A DNA stretch of 64,000 bases from assembly GCA_030141605.1 (NCBI GenBank), contig JAQGDQ010000243.1, positions 124,001 through 188,000 of the forward strand, read 5' to 3'. Under the pieces are notes generated by a model. It saw nothing but the letters and a program-made list of their open reading frames with translations, had not been told where the DNA came from and did not search any database. A program made the position numbers and the translations under genes. The stretch comes from Tubiluchus corallicola (lineage: Eukaryota; Animalia; Priapulida). Shown here in pieces: positions 39,499 to 50,307 of this stretch. Within the stretch, counting starts at the first letter, position 1. Each line of letters begins with the position of its first letter.

Positions 39499-39546
<48 letters not shown>

Positions 39547-42481
39547 TGAGTGTGAGTGTATGAGTGTGAGTGTGAGTGTAGTGTGAGTGAGAGTGTGAGT
39601 GCGAGTGTGTGTGTGTGAGTGTGAGTGAGAGTGAGAGTGTGACTGTGAGTGAGTGTGCGTGTGTGTGTGTTGGTGTGTGTGCATGTGTGCATGCATGCAT
39701 GTGTTGATGTGTGTGTGTGTGTGTGTGTGTGAGTGTAGTGTGAGTGTGTGTGTGTGAGCGTAGTGTGTGTGTGAGTGTAGTGTGAGTGCGAGTGTGTGTG
39801 TGTGTGTGTGCGTGCGTGCGTGTGTGTGTGTATGTGTATGTGTGTGTGCTCGGGTGAGTGGGCACGCATGCACAATTACCAACCTGTTCACACGTGCAAC
39901 TTTTCTCTCAGAAAGAAGTTGCTCAACAAGTTGCGAGAAAAGAACGTGCCATTATTTTGAACAATTTCAGAACACATAACTGCTAACACATGATGCAACT
40001 GTAGAGATAGCATTCACCATAGCTAGTTGTATTATTGTATGAGAAAATCTTTCAGGTTTTATATCACTTAGATCAGTTAAATCACAAATGACTAACTAGA
40101 GTAAAGCTTATTGAGATCGACATTCGCTTTTAGTTCATAAACTGATTTGACAGCAGGATCTTTATCTGATGGCCATTTGCCTATGATAAAGTTTAGAAAA
40201 TAATTTAGCAGTGATAGCGAATATGGGCAATTTTCCACTTTGAATTGCAAGTAGTAAAAATGTAAACACTAAATCCACTAAAAAAACTTAAAGGAAGACA
40301 GGATGATTTTTCATAAACCACCCCATTTTCAAATCCGATAAAAAGTATACAGTTTAGCACAATTAATACTGCAAAAAGCATTTCTGGTAATTAAATTATA
40401 GATTAAAAATTTACTTAACGGCGGGCGAGCCCAACTATTGATGTCGTCATAAACTAACATAATTTTCAACTGCAAAAATATTCCCTGAGGGTGTTGCGCA
40501 TGTTTGTGAAAACGAAAATTGAACTACAGTGCTGCTGTGAGATATTCAGTGTGTTGTACTAAAACTAGGCAAGTTTTAAGATCAAAATTCAAATTTCAAA
40601 TTTACTGCTGTACTCATGCTTGAGCTGTCGAGTATGTGTAGTTCATCAGAAACTAACACATCTAAACTGAGAGATACAGCACCTTTTTTGTGCAGAGTGT
40701 TTCCGAAATGCAAGCTCTAGTGCCCGTCTAACTAGCGAATGGATGCGAAATTGTGTTTATGTGGTAATAATTCTTTCACGTAACTCATTTTTGAAAAAAT
40801 AGTGTTTCGTTCCAATAAATTTGAGAGCAGATTGTTTTGACCTGCAGTTTCAGATTGGGACCGGTTTTGCTTTAATGCTGTTTTTTTTTGTTTTGTCTCT
40901 GATCGTTCTCTAAATTACAGCTATTCATACTCCGTTACCATTAAATTGCAAGTTATTTTACGCTTTTATTACGTTAGCTGACAGTTACTGAGACCAGTCA
41001 CTATATAAGTGCCATATAACGAACAAGCACAAGGTACTACACAACAAGCACTTGCCCAGCCTGCATATATATAAACACAGTTCATACCCACATAATTATT
41101 AATGACCATGTAGAAACTAGGTTTATAGTATTATTAATTGACCACAAGTAATTACTTAATCTGTTCCTACATAATCAATCATAAATTCACAATACAGACA
41201 GGCGGGACAGATCTATCAGCCTGGGGCATCATGAAGTCTTGATACGCCCCTGTCTATTACAGGTTATTTTACGCTTTTATTACGTTAGCTGACAGCACCC
41301 AATTACTGAAGTGTTAAATATGAATATGTTTTATTAACCACTTAACTAGGTATTTAGACAGTCTGTTCACTGTAAACACAACAGCTGTAGCTTTGTTCAT
41401 TACACAAACACACTAATAGTAATTGCCCTGCAAATAAAACCATTTACTTCCAGTCATTATGTCTGTTACTTCAGCTTAGTGGAGACCGAGTCATTTAACA
41501 TTGTCACTCTCATCAGCATCTACGATGTTGTGTAAATTAATGTTGGAATCAGGTCTTATATCTGTCTTTCGTGTTATTTCAGTAAATTTGAAATGATATG
41601 CTTTATAACTTTGCAGAAATTAAGTCTGCTCATAAGACACTACTGGTCAATTGCAGTTGATTTTAACGCAAAGGGCGTATCTGATTGGTGTGTATAGTGG
41701 CCAAAGTTAAGCAATGCAGAGCCTAGTCAGTATAGGAACTGGTGACCAGGGCCTATTTCATGGGGGGAAGTGGGGATACTTCCCCGGGGCCTCACCCTCC
41801 AGGGGCGCCGCGCGCCAAGGTAACATTTTTTTGCTTTATGCGAACATACTGCCTCCTCTCTCCCTCTCTCTCTCTCTCTTGCCGCACGCGCGCCGTTTGC
41901 CAGTATTGACAAGCATTAAGGACTGGTCTTGAAAATAAAGCAGTTTTTCTTTCAATTGTTCTTTCCTTTAACAACTGTATAACTCCATATTTCTCTCTTC
42001 GAAAAAGCTTCTCCGGCGTTCTAGCAGTTCAAAAATTTTCTGGACGCCAAACATGGAACGCCCCACTTCCCCAGGCCTAGCTTAGGCTGAAATAGGCCCT
42101 GCTGGTGACCATCAGTAGAAGTAACGGTTTGTTCTACCATACTGCCCTCATTGGAAGATGTAAGGATTTAAACGTGTCTGTGTCATCTCTGCCAGTTCAC
42201 GGTGTCGTCTTAGTTGATTATCCTTAATATTTGGTTAAGATCCAACTCTTGTGCAGTCCTTTACATAAGATTAGCCTTGCTGTTTCTTGAATGCTGGATC
42301 ATGGGTGCAAGGTTCTGGTAGGAATGTGTAAAAGATATACACGTGTCTTTATCATATAGCTTTAGTTAGCTCAACATTCCCGATTAATAATTGTAGAATA
42401 AGAACAGTGTTCAATGTCTGACATATCATTTTCTACATCTTACTTCTGGAATAATTAACCATGCATAGTGCACTTGATTAA

Positions 42482-42516
<35 letters not shown>

Positions 42517-45500
42517 CTTTATTTAAAGTCGGCTTTTGGGTCAACAATTATCATTAGCTCAAAGTGCTATTATTGCCGACTGTAAATAACAACCTACAAC
42601 TACATAACAGAGACTATTATTACCCCACTTTTACCCTAAATACCACGCGTCAGGCAACAGCAAATACCATTTTTAAAGTCTTTGGTATGACCCGGCCGCT
42701 GGTTCGAACTCACGACCTGCCAAACGGAAAGCAGACGCATTACCTCTAGAATAAACCGTCTGGTTGATACATTAGTTTGTAAGCTCTGTAGTAATGGCTG
42801 CATGTGGTCAGTATCAGTTAAGAGTTATGCTATATGACAAAGTATTGATTAATTTTAATTTGTAACTTAAAATTATTTTCACATATTACTGACTAATCCA
42901 GCTATGCAAGTATAACATATGCATGCGCTACTAACTAACAACTGCTGCTACAAGAATAATGCTTTAGATAAAATATAATAATTTAATTTACATTTACATT
43001 ATAGTTTAATTTACATAGCTCACAGTACTAATCTAAGTAGAGTTTTGTAATTAAATTAGTAGAAGGGTGGCAGACTCGATGACCTTTTGGTTTTTTCACC
43101 ACCCTGTCTCTCTTAGTAGTCACATCATTTGTTAATGCTATGTTGATTATGTTATTGAGGCAAATAAATTATTCTGTTCTGTTCTGTTCTGTTCTGTTCT
43201 GTTCTGTTCTGTTCTGTTCTGTAATCTCAGTTGTCCTTAAGAGGTCACCAAATAATAAAAAACTGTTATTTTAACAAGACTGTTCTTCAAGTAATGTGTA
43301 AGGATGCCTGGAATGATATAATGGATAAGTATTAATATTCTAGTATTCTCTGTTTGTAGAGTAAGAAAGCTGCGATTTTAATTTGAATTTCTCAAAAAAC
43401 TGTTGTTTTTCCCTAGAGAGGAACTCAACGTCTTTCAAGAACTTGTATTTTCTTGTTGATTGGTGGCTGGAGTTTTGCATTGATAACTCTCATTGTTGCT
43501 GCTGTGGGAAAAATCATATGGCTCACCTATTTGTATTATTTCTCATACATCAAGCTGGCTGTTACTCTCATCAAATATATACCACAGGTAAAAGATTTGT
43601 CACATTTTTTTTAGTTAGTATCATAAATGACACGTGTCGAATTTCATTACGATGAATCGTTGATTTTTATTCCTAGAAAATCTGATATCAACAATTTAAT
43701 TGAATGTTTTTAACTTCTTAACTTTATATAAAAAGTTTGAATTTTTCTAAAAATAGGCGGGAGAGCAAAACTTGGGCGACGGAATGTGCCGAATTCACTT
43801 ACTTTCACATTTTCAACAAATATTGAATTGAGTTTGATTTGTAACAGTTTTCTAAGTGTATGCACTTTTACTTTTATATCAAACACAAGAACAAGTAATT
43901 AAAATATTCGCATAATTATTGATGAATATTACATTTTTACAATGATGATGAAACAAGAGTAATTAGTACATATTTAATAGTAAAGGTTTACTGGTCTGTT
44001 ATAAGTGACCTATGTTTTAGTTCTACATTTTAGTAAAGAGAAAAGAAATTACAATATGACTAAATTACCACCTGATTACATTAAATGTATAGGTTAAGTC
44101 TAACACAAAAAGACTTCAGAGTTTTACGCATGTCTATTATACTGTGCTCATGGTTTAACACTATGTTTACATTCAAGAACCCGTTTGCAAGGGCAGATCC
44201 ATGCAAACAGGGTAAAAACATATTAACTCAAGATATGCCACTGGTGTAGTTCTGGTGCCTACTGGTGTAGTAGAAGTGGTGCTGACAAGCCATTGGCGTA
44301 GCAGTGTCTAGTTTTTTGCTGGATTACTGCTGCGTTTACCTGTCTGAAGGCAGATTTCTTTTATTTTAGAATTTTGTTTGCCCAATGTCTACAATAGACA
44401 TGACGGGCGTATGATGATGATGATGACTAACTCAAAAATATTAGCTAGGTCATGACGGATTTCCCATGTGACACATTTGTTTTCACTTAAATGAAATATA
44501 AGTTATGCAAATCTTACCAACCAGAAATATTGTTGACTAATAAAAGTCATTCCAGAAATATAGCTGTTTTATCAGCTTGTATTGTAATTTAAACTGGTAT
44601 AAAACTAACAAAATTTGTAATAAAATGTAGTTCCTTCCTAACTTCCCACACCTACTGCAGCAGTCATACCACAATCTTGGTACAGATTATGCAAAACAAG
44701 GCATCATTGATAAATCTTTAGAGCTGATGTCAACATAGCTCAATCTATTATCTTTCTTCCTACCATTTCCACTAACACATCCTTCTACCCTTCCTGTGTG
44801 ATCTAACCTTTCTCCCAGTTCTTTTTTTGTTCACTCATCCATTCTTTTTTTATCAAGTTCACATGACAGTGGGCTTATACAAGCCTTTGCTTCTCTAGCT
44901 CACTGCAGTACAATTATTCCTTTATGATAACGATAGTGTATGAAACATAACAATTTAATACAGTATGATGTAATAATTTTGATGTAACTGTGTGCTTTAT
45001 ATTGTACTGAATGTGATAATAATAATAAATAAAAATAAAAAATAAAAAGTTTTAGCCAATACTGATTCAGTTTTCTGCGAGATGCTCTTGCTGGGGTTTA
45101 GCAGTCTAGATGAATAAATAATATAATATATGAATAGATTTTTGGATTAGATCTCTACCTAGTTGCAATATAAATTAGGAACCAAAGAGAACAGTTTGAT
45201 TATTATTTTGACAAATTTGACAAATATAATGCGTGTTATTTGAACTGGTTATTTGAACTGATCTTTTATTGCAGGCTTTGATGAATTACAGAAGGAAAAG
45301 CACAGTAGGCTGGTCTATAGGCAACATTCTGTGTGATTTTACTGGTGGCTCACTCAGCATTCTTCAAATGTTCCTGATCTCGTATAACAATAGTAAGTGT
45401 AGCATTCTTTCCGCATTAGAAAAATGTAATGCCATAAACTGTAGAAGTTTTATTATTGTAGCGGCCATTGTTGCCTAGTGTTAAATCTGTGTTAACTAGA

Positions 45501-46051
45501 TGGCAGTTTTTGCAGTGATTTAATGAGGACAAAGATTTTGCATATTACCTTATTTTTGATCGTCCAGTTTTAGAGCAAAAACTCCACTGGTTTTCCGTTT
45601 TAATAAACCACAAGTACCAAGTTTACATAGCAACCACACACAAGTAAATAGGCAGTAAGAGTGTTGCCATATTTTATGTTTTGTCTGGCATGGTGCTGCC
45701 ACCTACTAAGTGCATTTTGAATTATTTTTGCTTCAAACTTGTTAAAGATTTTGCCATAAAAGAAAGGACAATGGTTATCAGTGATCTAAAAAAAGGCAAG
45801 AATTTACAAGTAATCTATTTTTCTTTTAATGTGCATTGAAATATCGATTTTCAGATGATTGGAGCTCTATATTTGGCGATCCAACTAAATTTGGCTTGGG
45901 CCTGTTTTCTATAATGTTTGACATTTTGTTCTTTGTTCAACACTACTGCCTGTATCGTGACAAGCAGCCTTACGATCAACTTCCTGAAGATAGTGTTAGT
46001 GCCAATGAGACAATGCCAAAGAAACCATCTGATGTACATCTTACCGAATAA
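27447..46051 (+). CDS. CTNS: Cystinosin (lysosomal H+/cystine symporter, PQ-loop family), 388 aa, 10 coding exons: 27447-27498, 29292-29373, 29656-29753, 34385-34472, 36606-36746, 37678-37777, 38960-39079, 43417-43587, 45275-45392, 45855-46051
   Basis: All introns are GT-AG with compatible phases (1167 nt total). Signal-peptide-like N-terminus [17 protein letters not shown]. Diagnostic segments: [85 protein letters not shown] and YDQL. Confidence 0.96.
27620..27715 (+). mobile_element. Short LINE (CR1/L2-type) RT relic
   Basis: [12 protein letters not shown], the conserved RT motif, in CTNS intron 1. Confidence 0.6.
31020..32085. repeat. Interspersed repeat with internal subrepeats (gggtcacccaaagg / aaggtca / tgacc)
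   Basis: Recurrent units at about 31240, 31570, 31678 and 31927; a block of about 100 bp (aaaaccttttgtc...tgcatgtca...tgaatgacc) occurs twice. Class not determined. Confidence 0.55.
33700..33984. repeat. 72-bp minisatellite, ~4 copies
   Basis: Unit tatacataaccaagttgtaatttttacaaaaatgactaaatattatcctacttctttgttttgttctgg; it produces the repeated 24-aa spurious ORFs. Confidence 0.95.
35390..35775 (-). mobile_element. Degenerate non-LTR retrotransposon RT C-terminal fragment
   Basis: [51 protein letters not shown]...LKVAYN is typical of LINE ORF2. Confidence 0.75.
37060..37549 (+). mobile_element. hAT-like MITE (CAGGGTTCCCAC terminus)
   Basis: Left end cagggttcccac and degenerate right end gtgtgaacctctg, with subterminal gtcagggaaaa/gtcatggaaaa repeats at both ends. 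TSD is unclear. Confidence 0.65.
38121..38362. mobile_element. Foldback MITE: 108-bp inverted arms, TGT...ACA termini, 5-bp TSD GACCA
   Basis: Arms 38121-38228 and 38255-38362 differ at 2 positions, with a 26-nt spacer. gacca lies at 38116-38120 and 38363-38367. Confidence 0.85.
38671..38815 (+). mobile_element. SINE with a 5S-rRNA-like segment (uninterrupted copy)
   Basis: aaacttaagcaatcctaaacctagtcagtataggaataggtgtcc resembles the 5S internal promoter region (gaagctaagcagggtcgggcctggttagtacttggatgggagacc). A paralog lies at 41672-42200. Confidence 0.55.
39502..39850. repeat. Compound (GT)n/(GAGTGT)n microsatellite
   Basis: Direct reading; source of the His/Thr-rich spurious ORFs. Confidence 0.97.
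40288..40875 (+). mobile_element. TTAA-flanked non-autonomous DNA transposon (Kolobok-like), copy 3
   Basis: ttaa|aggaagacagg...ccggttttgct|ttaa; homologous to 19332-19930. Confidence 0.65.
41672..42200 (+). mobile_element. 5S-like SINE copy interrupted by a hAT MITE
   Basis: Removing 41747-42109 restores collinearity with 38671-38815. Confidence 0.6.
41747..42101. mobile_element. hAT-superfamily MITE, 355 bp
   Basis: Perfect 14-bp TIRs CAGGGCCTATTTCA / TGAAATAGGCCCTG; perfect 8-bp TSD CTGGTGAC at 41739-41746 and 42102-42109. Confidence 0.92.
42484..42752 (-). mobile_element. tRNA-derived SINE (MetaSINE-like core) with (TTA)n tail
   Basis: Minus strand reads ...ggtcgtgagttcgaacc (B box) agcggccgggtcataccaaagactttaaaaatggtatttgctg..., and ends in (tta)n at 42484-42515. 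Confidence 0.75.
43064..43222 (+). mobile_element. CR1-like LINE 3' end with (GTTCT)n tail
   Basis: Hairpin agggtggcagactcgatgacc...caccaccct, then aataaa, then (gttct)n. Confidence 0.6.
44651..45028 (+). mobile_element. Non-LTR retroelement 3' end (family A, copy 3)
   Basis: Near-identical to 17761-18135 and 13020-13343; ends in tgataataataata. Confidence 0.75.
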
Positions 46052-46099
46052 CAAATTGTCGTGTATATATGATTTCTTACATTTACATACGTTTATCCG

Positions 46100-46285
46100 T
46101 GTGTGTATTTCTAGGATGTGTATGTGTGTGTGTGTGTGTGGGGTGCGTGTGTGCTTGCGTGCGTGTGTGTGCGTGTAAGGTGTGTGTGTGGGGGGGGGTG
46201 CGTGCATGCTTGCGTGTAAGGTGTGTGTGTGTGTATGCGTGCGTGCGTGCGTGCGTGTGTGTCTGTGTGTGTGCGTGTGTGTATG
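46100..46285. repeat. (GT)n/(GCGT)n microsatellite in the CTNS 3' UTR
   Basis: Direct reading, about 50 nt after the CTNS stop. Confidence 0.95.
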
Positions 46286-47315
46286 CCTGTATGTATTCAT
46301 GTGTCTAGTTTTATGCGATTCATCTGTTATACATGCTCATGATTTTACATTGTTGTTTTAATTTTAGTCATCAGATTGTGATTAATTTTATAAAATTTCT
46401 AGAGTTTTTATATTTTTCCGTCACATCTAGAATACTGTGGTATTGAAGCTGTAGCTGATAACTTAGTTCTTTCACAAATGCACAATGGGACAAATGCTTC
46501 TGTTCATTCAGTGATAGAATCATTGTTGAAATGCAATGCCAGAATAAAAAAATGTTTGTCGTGAAGTTCAGTTAGTATCTTTCACAACCTGACTGAGCGT
46601 CAAGTTATGAGTGATGTTTAAGTCTAAAACTGATTTATATATAACCCACAGCAAACTTTGTTTTAGTTTCAACACAATATAAAGAGCTTTTTAGCCTACT
46701 CACAGTCCTTTCTTTGAGAAAATCATATAATTGTTTGTGGTATGTGTTTTGGTCACTGGTTACAACTAAATTTCAACTATGAATTTTTAATACAATGTTA
46801 GTAATGATGATTACTCACTGTAACTATTTGCAATACAATCAACACATTTCAAAGTGTCAAAAATTAAGTTTGGTCTTTGCTTAACATTTTGTGTACTTGT
46901 CTGACTATCTGATGTCTAAACTCATTAATATTTAAATGTCGATTACATCAGTTATAATATCATTTTTAAGATTCATAATTAAAGATGCACAGTACATTCT
47001 TTTCATGAGCAAAAACTTCGAAATGATATTTCTTAGAATGCAGTGAAGTTACATTTGGAAGTGCTTATAACAAATGTGTTTGCTTTAGTTTGTTTATCAG
47101 AGAGTATAGTTAAGTATTTTATTACTGATTTTTCTTTTTTAATATATCCTTATTAATACATTAACATTGAGTAATTACGTGATAAGGTGAGGATATTTTG
47201 ATAACTTATAAAATTACGAGCTCATTATTTTGTTTAGCATAACTATTCCTCTGTTTTGTGATGATACAAGTTACTGGTTTGGTACCTTGATGTTTTATAT
47301 ATCTGGGTGGTTTAA

Positions 47316-47725
47316 CCCTTTCAGTCCCAAATTATTTTTTTAATAAGAAATTTTTTTTTATTTGGTACTTTTGTTCAGTATGTCCATCTTGTTTACACAT
47401 AATAATTATTTTTTTCTACCTGTGCCCGTGTGCTAAATATAGCCTGTATCCCATGGGATACATTGGGATTCAATGGGAGCATAAAATGTGCTTCATTTTG
47501 CAACTGTTGATAATTTTTTAAAGTATTTAAGACATTTAGTATGCATGCTATGCTGATCTGTACAAAGTGTCTCTAAAGTACTGTACCTTGCGCAGTTTTT
47601 TATGCTATGTAGATTTTCTAGTTTGCCATTTTATTACCATTTTTAGTCTTTTGTTATTGGCTTAAATCAAAATAACTATTAACAGATCAAATAACTGTCA
47701 GTTTTAAAATTTTATTAATTTTAAT
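47316..47725 (+). mobile_element. piggyBac-like MITE, second copy (right end not found)
   Basis: TTAA|CCCTTTCAGTCCC start; near-identical to 21241-21643 but with an extra internal segment of about 55 bp. Confidence 0.75.
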
Positions 47726-47965
47726 CACTAATTTCTTATATATATCTAAATACCACCATATAAGATCTTATGATGAGACAATAGCCCATTATAAATGACT
47801 ATTTTATGTCAAGCACTATGAGCTCCATTGCAGATACATAAATTGTATTGTTTGCTTAATCTGTAAAACAGCAGTGTGGCTGTCGGTTAATTGCAAATAA
47901 AGCTGATTCTTTTCACTACCAAATTGAGAATTTTAACTTTTTACTTATTTACCGCGTAAGTTGCG

Positions 47966-48282
47966 CTTAAATTATGGCATCACTTAAATTACTGTGACGT
48001 GTGCTGATGTGCTAGTATTTGTTATGTTCTACTACACGTAACATCTTAAATTATGGCATCACTTAAATTACTATGACGTGTGCTGATGTGCTAGTATTTG
48101 TTATGTTCTACTACACGTAACATCTTAAATTATGACATCACTTAAATTACTATGACGTGTGCTGATGTGCTAGTATTCGTTATGTTCTACTACACGCAAC
48201 ATCTTAAATTATGACATCACTTAAATTACCATGACGTGTGCTGATGTGCTAGTATTTGTTATGTGCTACTACATGTAACATC
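47966..48282. repeat. 79-bp minisatellite, 4 copies
   Basis: Unit starts at 47966, 48045, 48124 and 48203 (cttaaattatgRcatcacttaaattac...ctacacgtaacat). Confidence 0.95.
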
Positions 48283-48653
48283 TATGCCATAGCTGTGCGC
48301 TTCGAATTTTGCACATTATAATAATTTCGTCATGGTAGTTACTAGTTTTGAAGTTATTTTCATGTGTCCCTTTGCTAGAGAATGATGTTAAAACTTATCT
48401 TTGTACACATAGCTTAGCAAGAAAAATTGTTAAAAATATCCGTTATGTGCCCAGTTGTAACAACTTTAATAATAATAATAACTATTCTGCATTGGTATTG
48501 TTATGGAAAATTATAGGTTTATGATTTTGTAACTTTCAACTGAAACGTGTACCAATAAATAATGCGTAACATAAATTATATTTCGTAGATCATCATATTA
48601 ATAACATACAGAATATAATACAATAATCACTGGCTACACGTTGTTATGATAAT

Positions 48654-50111
48654 TCATATACTCAATAGATCTTGTTCTTCTTGCAAGATAATGTCACATA
48701 TCACCTTTATTTTTTTGTTCTTTAACAATTTTTCTGTGTTTTCTAAAAAATACATTTGTACATTCCTTGTACTGCTAAAGCTGATGTCGCAACTGTCAGT
48801 CAGATATTGCTGATATGTCGATGGCATTGACAGCTTCAGGACTCTGAGCTGTTCACATTTACCAAGAATTCTCAGCGATTTTTCCATTTCTTCTGGTGCA
48901 ACATCATTGTCTGATATGTCCAACATTTTCAAGTTAATGACATCCTTCAAGGTATGACACAGCCATGGTAATGATGTCAGATTGGCATTCTTCATCTCCA
49001 GTACCGTCAAACTGTTCTGCAGGCTAGCGATAAAATTCTGCAGTTCTGAGATGTTGCTACAGAAATCGTTGTCGTTCAAGCACAAATGGTTGACGTGCCT
49101 GCAGCGATCTGAACGACTCAAGCTGAACAAGTCCCGCCATTCAATGTCTGTGTTGGTGAGATTCAGTTTGTGCAAGTGTCTTGGTGCCTTACACAGCAGA
49201 CAGTCAAGCCGTCCTTCTAAGCTGTTGCCACTGACGTCTAGGATCTTCAACTTCTCATAACTGGACAGTGCATCCGCTATGGGCATCAACGTCTCCTCTT
49301 CTTCGATATCGCTAAATGTCAATTCTAGTTGAGTCAACTCGGTAAGCAGTACCAAGGGAGGAGCAAGCTGTTCTAGATCTATTTCACAACAATGTAAACT
49401 GAGGCCTGTGATTCGTGTTGGATCCAATAGGGACAATAGACACTCTGTATGTTCTGATCCTAGAGAACTAGCTTTAAGCTTGCATATTGTAAGCGAGACA
49501 ATATCACTGGAATTCTCCTTAATGAAGTACAGAGCATCAATGATTGCGTCAATCTTTCTCACTCGGTAAATGGACAAGTCCAAAAAGATTTGAATGTGTT
49601 TGTCTGGCGAGCCCATGTTCTTGGTAGCATATTTGACGACATCAGTGAGTATCTGGTCGCCTACATACACTCCTCGAAGATCAATGCAATGCAGACCTGG
49701 TGGTAAACTTCCTTCTGAGAGACATTCACCCAAACAGTGGACAAGCGCTGTGACACTTCCTTTCACTCTTGCAAACATTTGTCTATGACTATCATGAGGT
49801 GTAAACCATGGATCAAGAGCCGGGTAGCTATACTTTCCTATTGCCGGAACCACCTCCTCTATTCGAAAAGTGCTATCTGGCCATTTGAGAAATAAATCCT
49901 TAATTCTCGATGTTAGCCGCAACTCGAACGCCTCTTTCATTAGAAACGGATATAGTTCAGCAGGTAAAAACCTTCTGCTTGTCTTGGTTGCTATAGAGAA
50001 GACCCATATATCCAACATCAACTCTTTTGAGCACAAGCTCACCAATGATGGTACTTCTTTGTCCAGGAGCTCCACAATTGGGGCCACAGATGGATCCGAT
50101 GACAACACCAT
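48654..50111 (-). CDS. LRRC14/PRAME-family leucine-rich repeat protein (~485 aa), CDS in one exon
   Basis: The N-terminal segment VPSLVSLCSKELM...LPAELYPFLMKEAF...IKDLFLKWP parallels PRAME/LRRC14 (LPRELFPPLF..AF...WP). It is followed by LHCIDLRG and RI-like LRRs (LKILDVSGNSL, LHKLNLTNTDI, LKMLDISDNDV). Acceptor attttcag| at 50140; first in-exon ATG at 50111. A candidate upstream exon ending at 50632 is in frame. Confidence 0.85.
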   Translation of the reverse strand: MVLSSDPSVAPIVELLDKEVPSLVSLCSKELMLDIWVFSIATKTSRRFLPAELYPFLMKEAFELRLTSRIKDLFLKWPDSTFRIEEVVPAIGKYSYPALDPWFTPHDSHRQMFARVKGSVTALVHCLGECLSEGSLPPGLHCIDLRGVYVGDQILTDVVKYATKNMGSPDKHIQIFLDLSIYRVRKIDAIIDALYFIKENSSDIVSLTICKLKASSLGSEHTECLLSLLDPTRITGLSLHCCEIDLEQLAPPLVLLTELTQLELTFSDIEEEETLMPIADALSSYEKLKILDVSGNSLEGRLDCLLCKAPRHLHKLNLTNTDIEWRDLFSLSRSDRCRHVNHLCLNDNDFCSNISELQNFIASLQNSLTVLEMKNANLTSLPWLCHTLKDVINLKMLDISDNDVAPEEMEKSLRILGKCEQLRVLKLSMPSTYQQYLTDSCDISFSSTRNVQMYFLENTEKLLKNKKIKVICDIILQEEQDLLSI

Positions 50112-50276
50112 TCTGTGTGCCGAGGTCAAACGTTTTAAACCTGAAAATATTATTGGTATTAGTCTTTCCGTTGCATAAAGATAAGCGATTAGTACGGCTG
50201 ACCATCATAAATATATATGTAAAATACATATATATATATATAATCTTTATTTGCCATTAAAATACATTGATAATTG

Positions 50277-50307
<31 letters not shown>

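Noticed and set aside
39424-39979. His/Thr-rich ORFs (also 45851-46308)
   Set aside because: Translations of (GT)n microsatellites.
41672-41746. Functional 5S rRNA gene
   Set aside because: Only a diverged partial 5S-like segment embedded in a dispersed repeat.
47966-48282. Possible CRISPR-like array
   Set aside because: 79-bp units are contiguous and near-identical, with no spacers.
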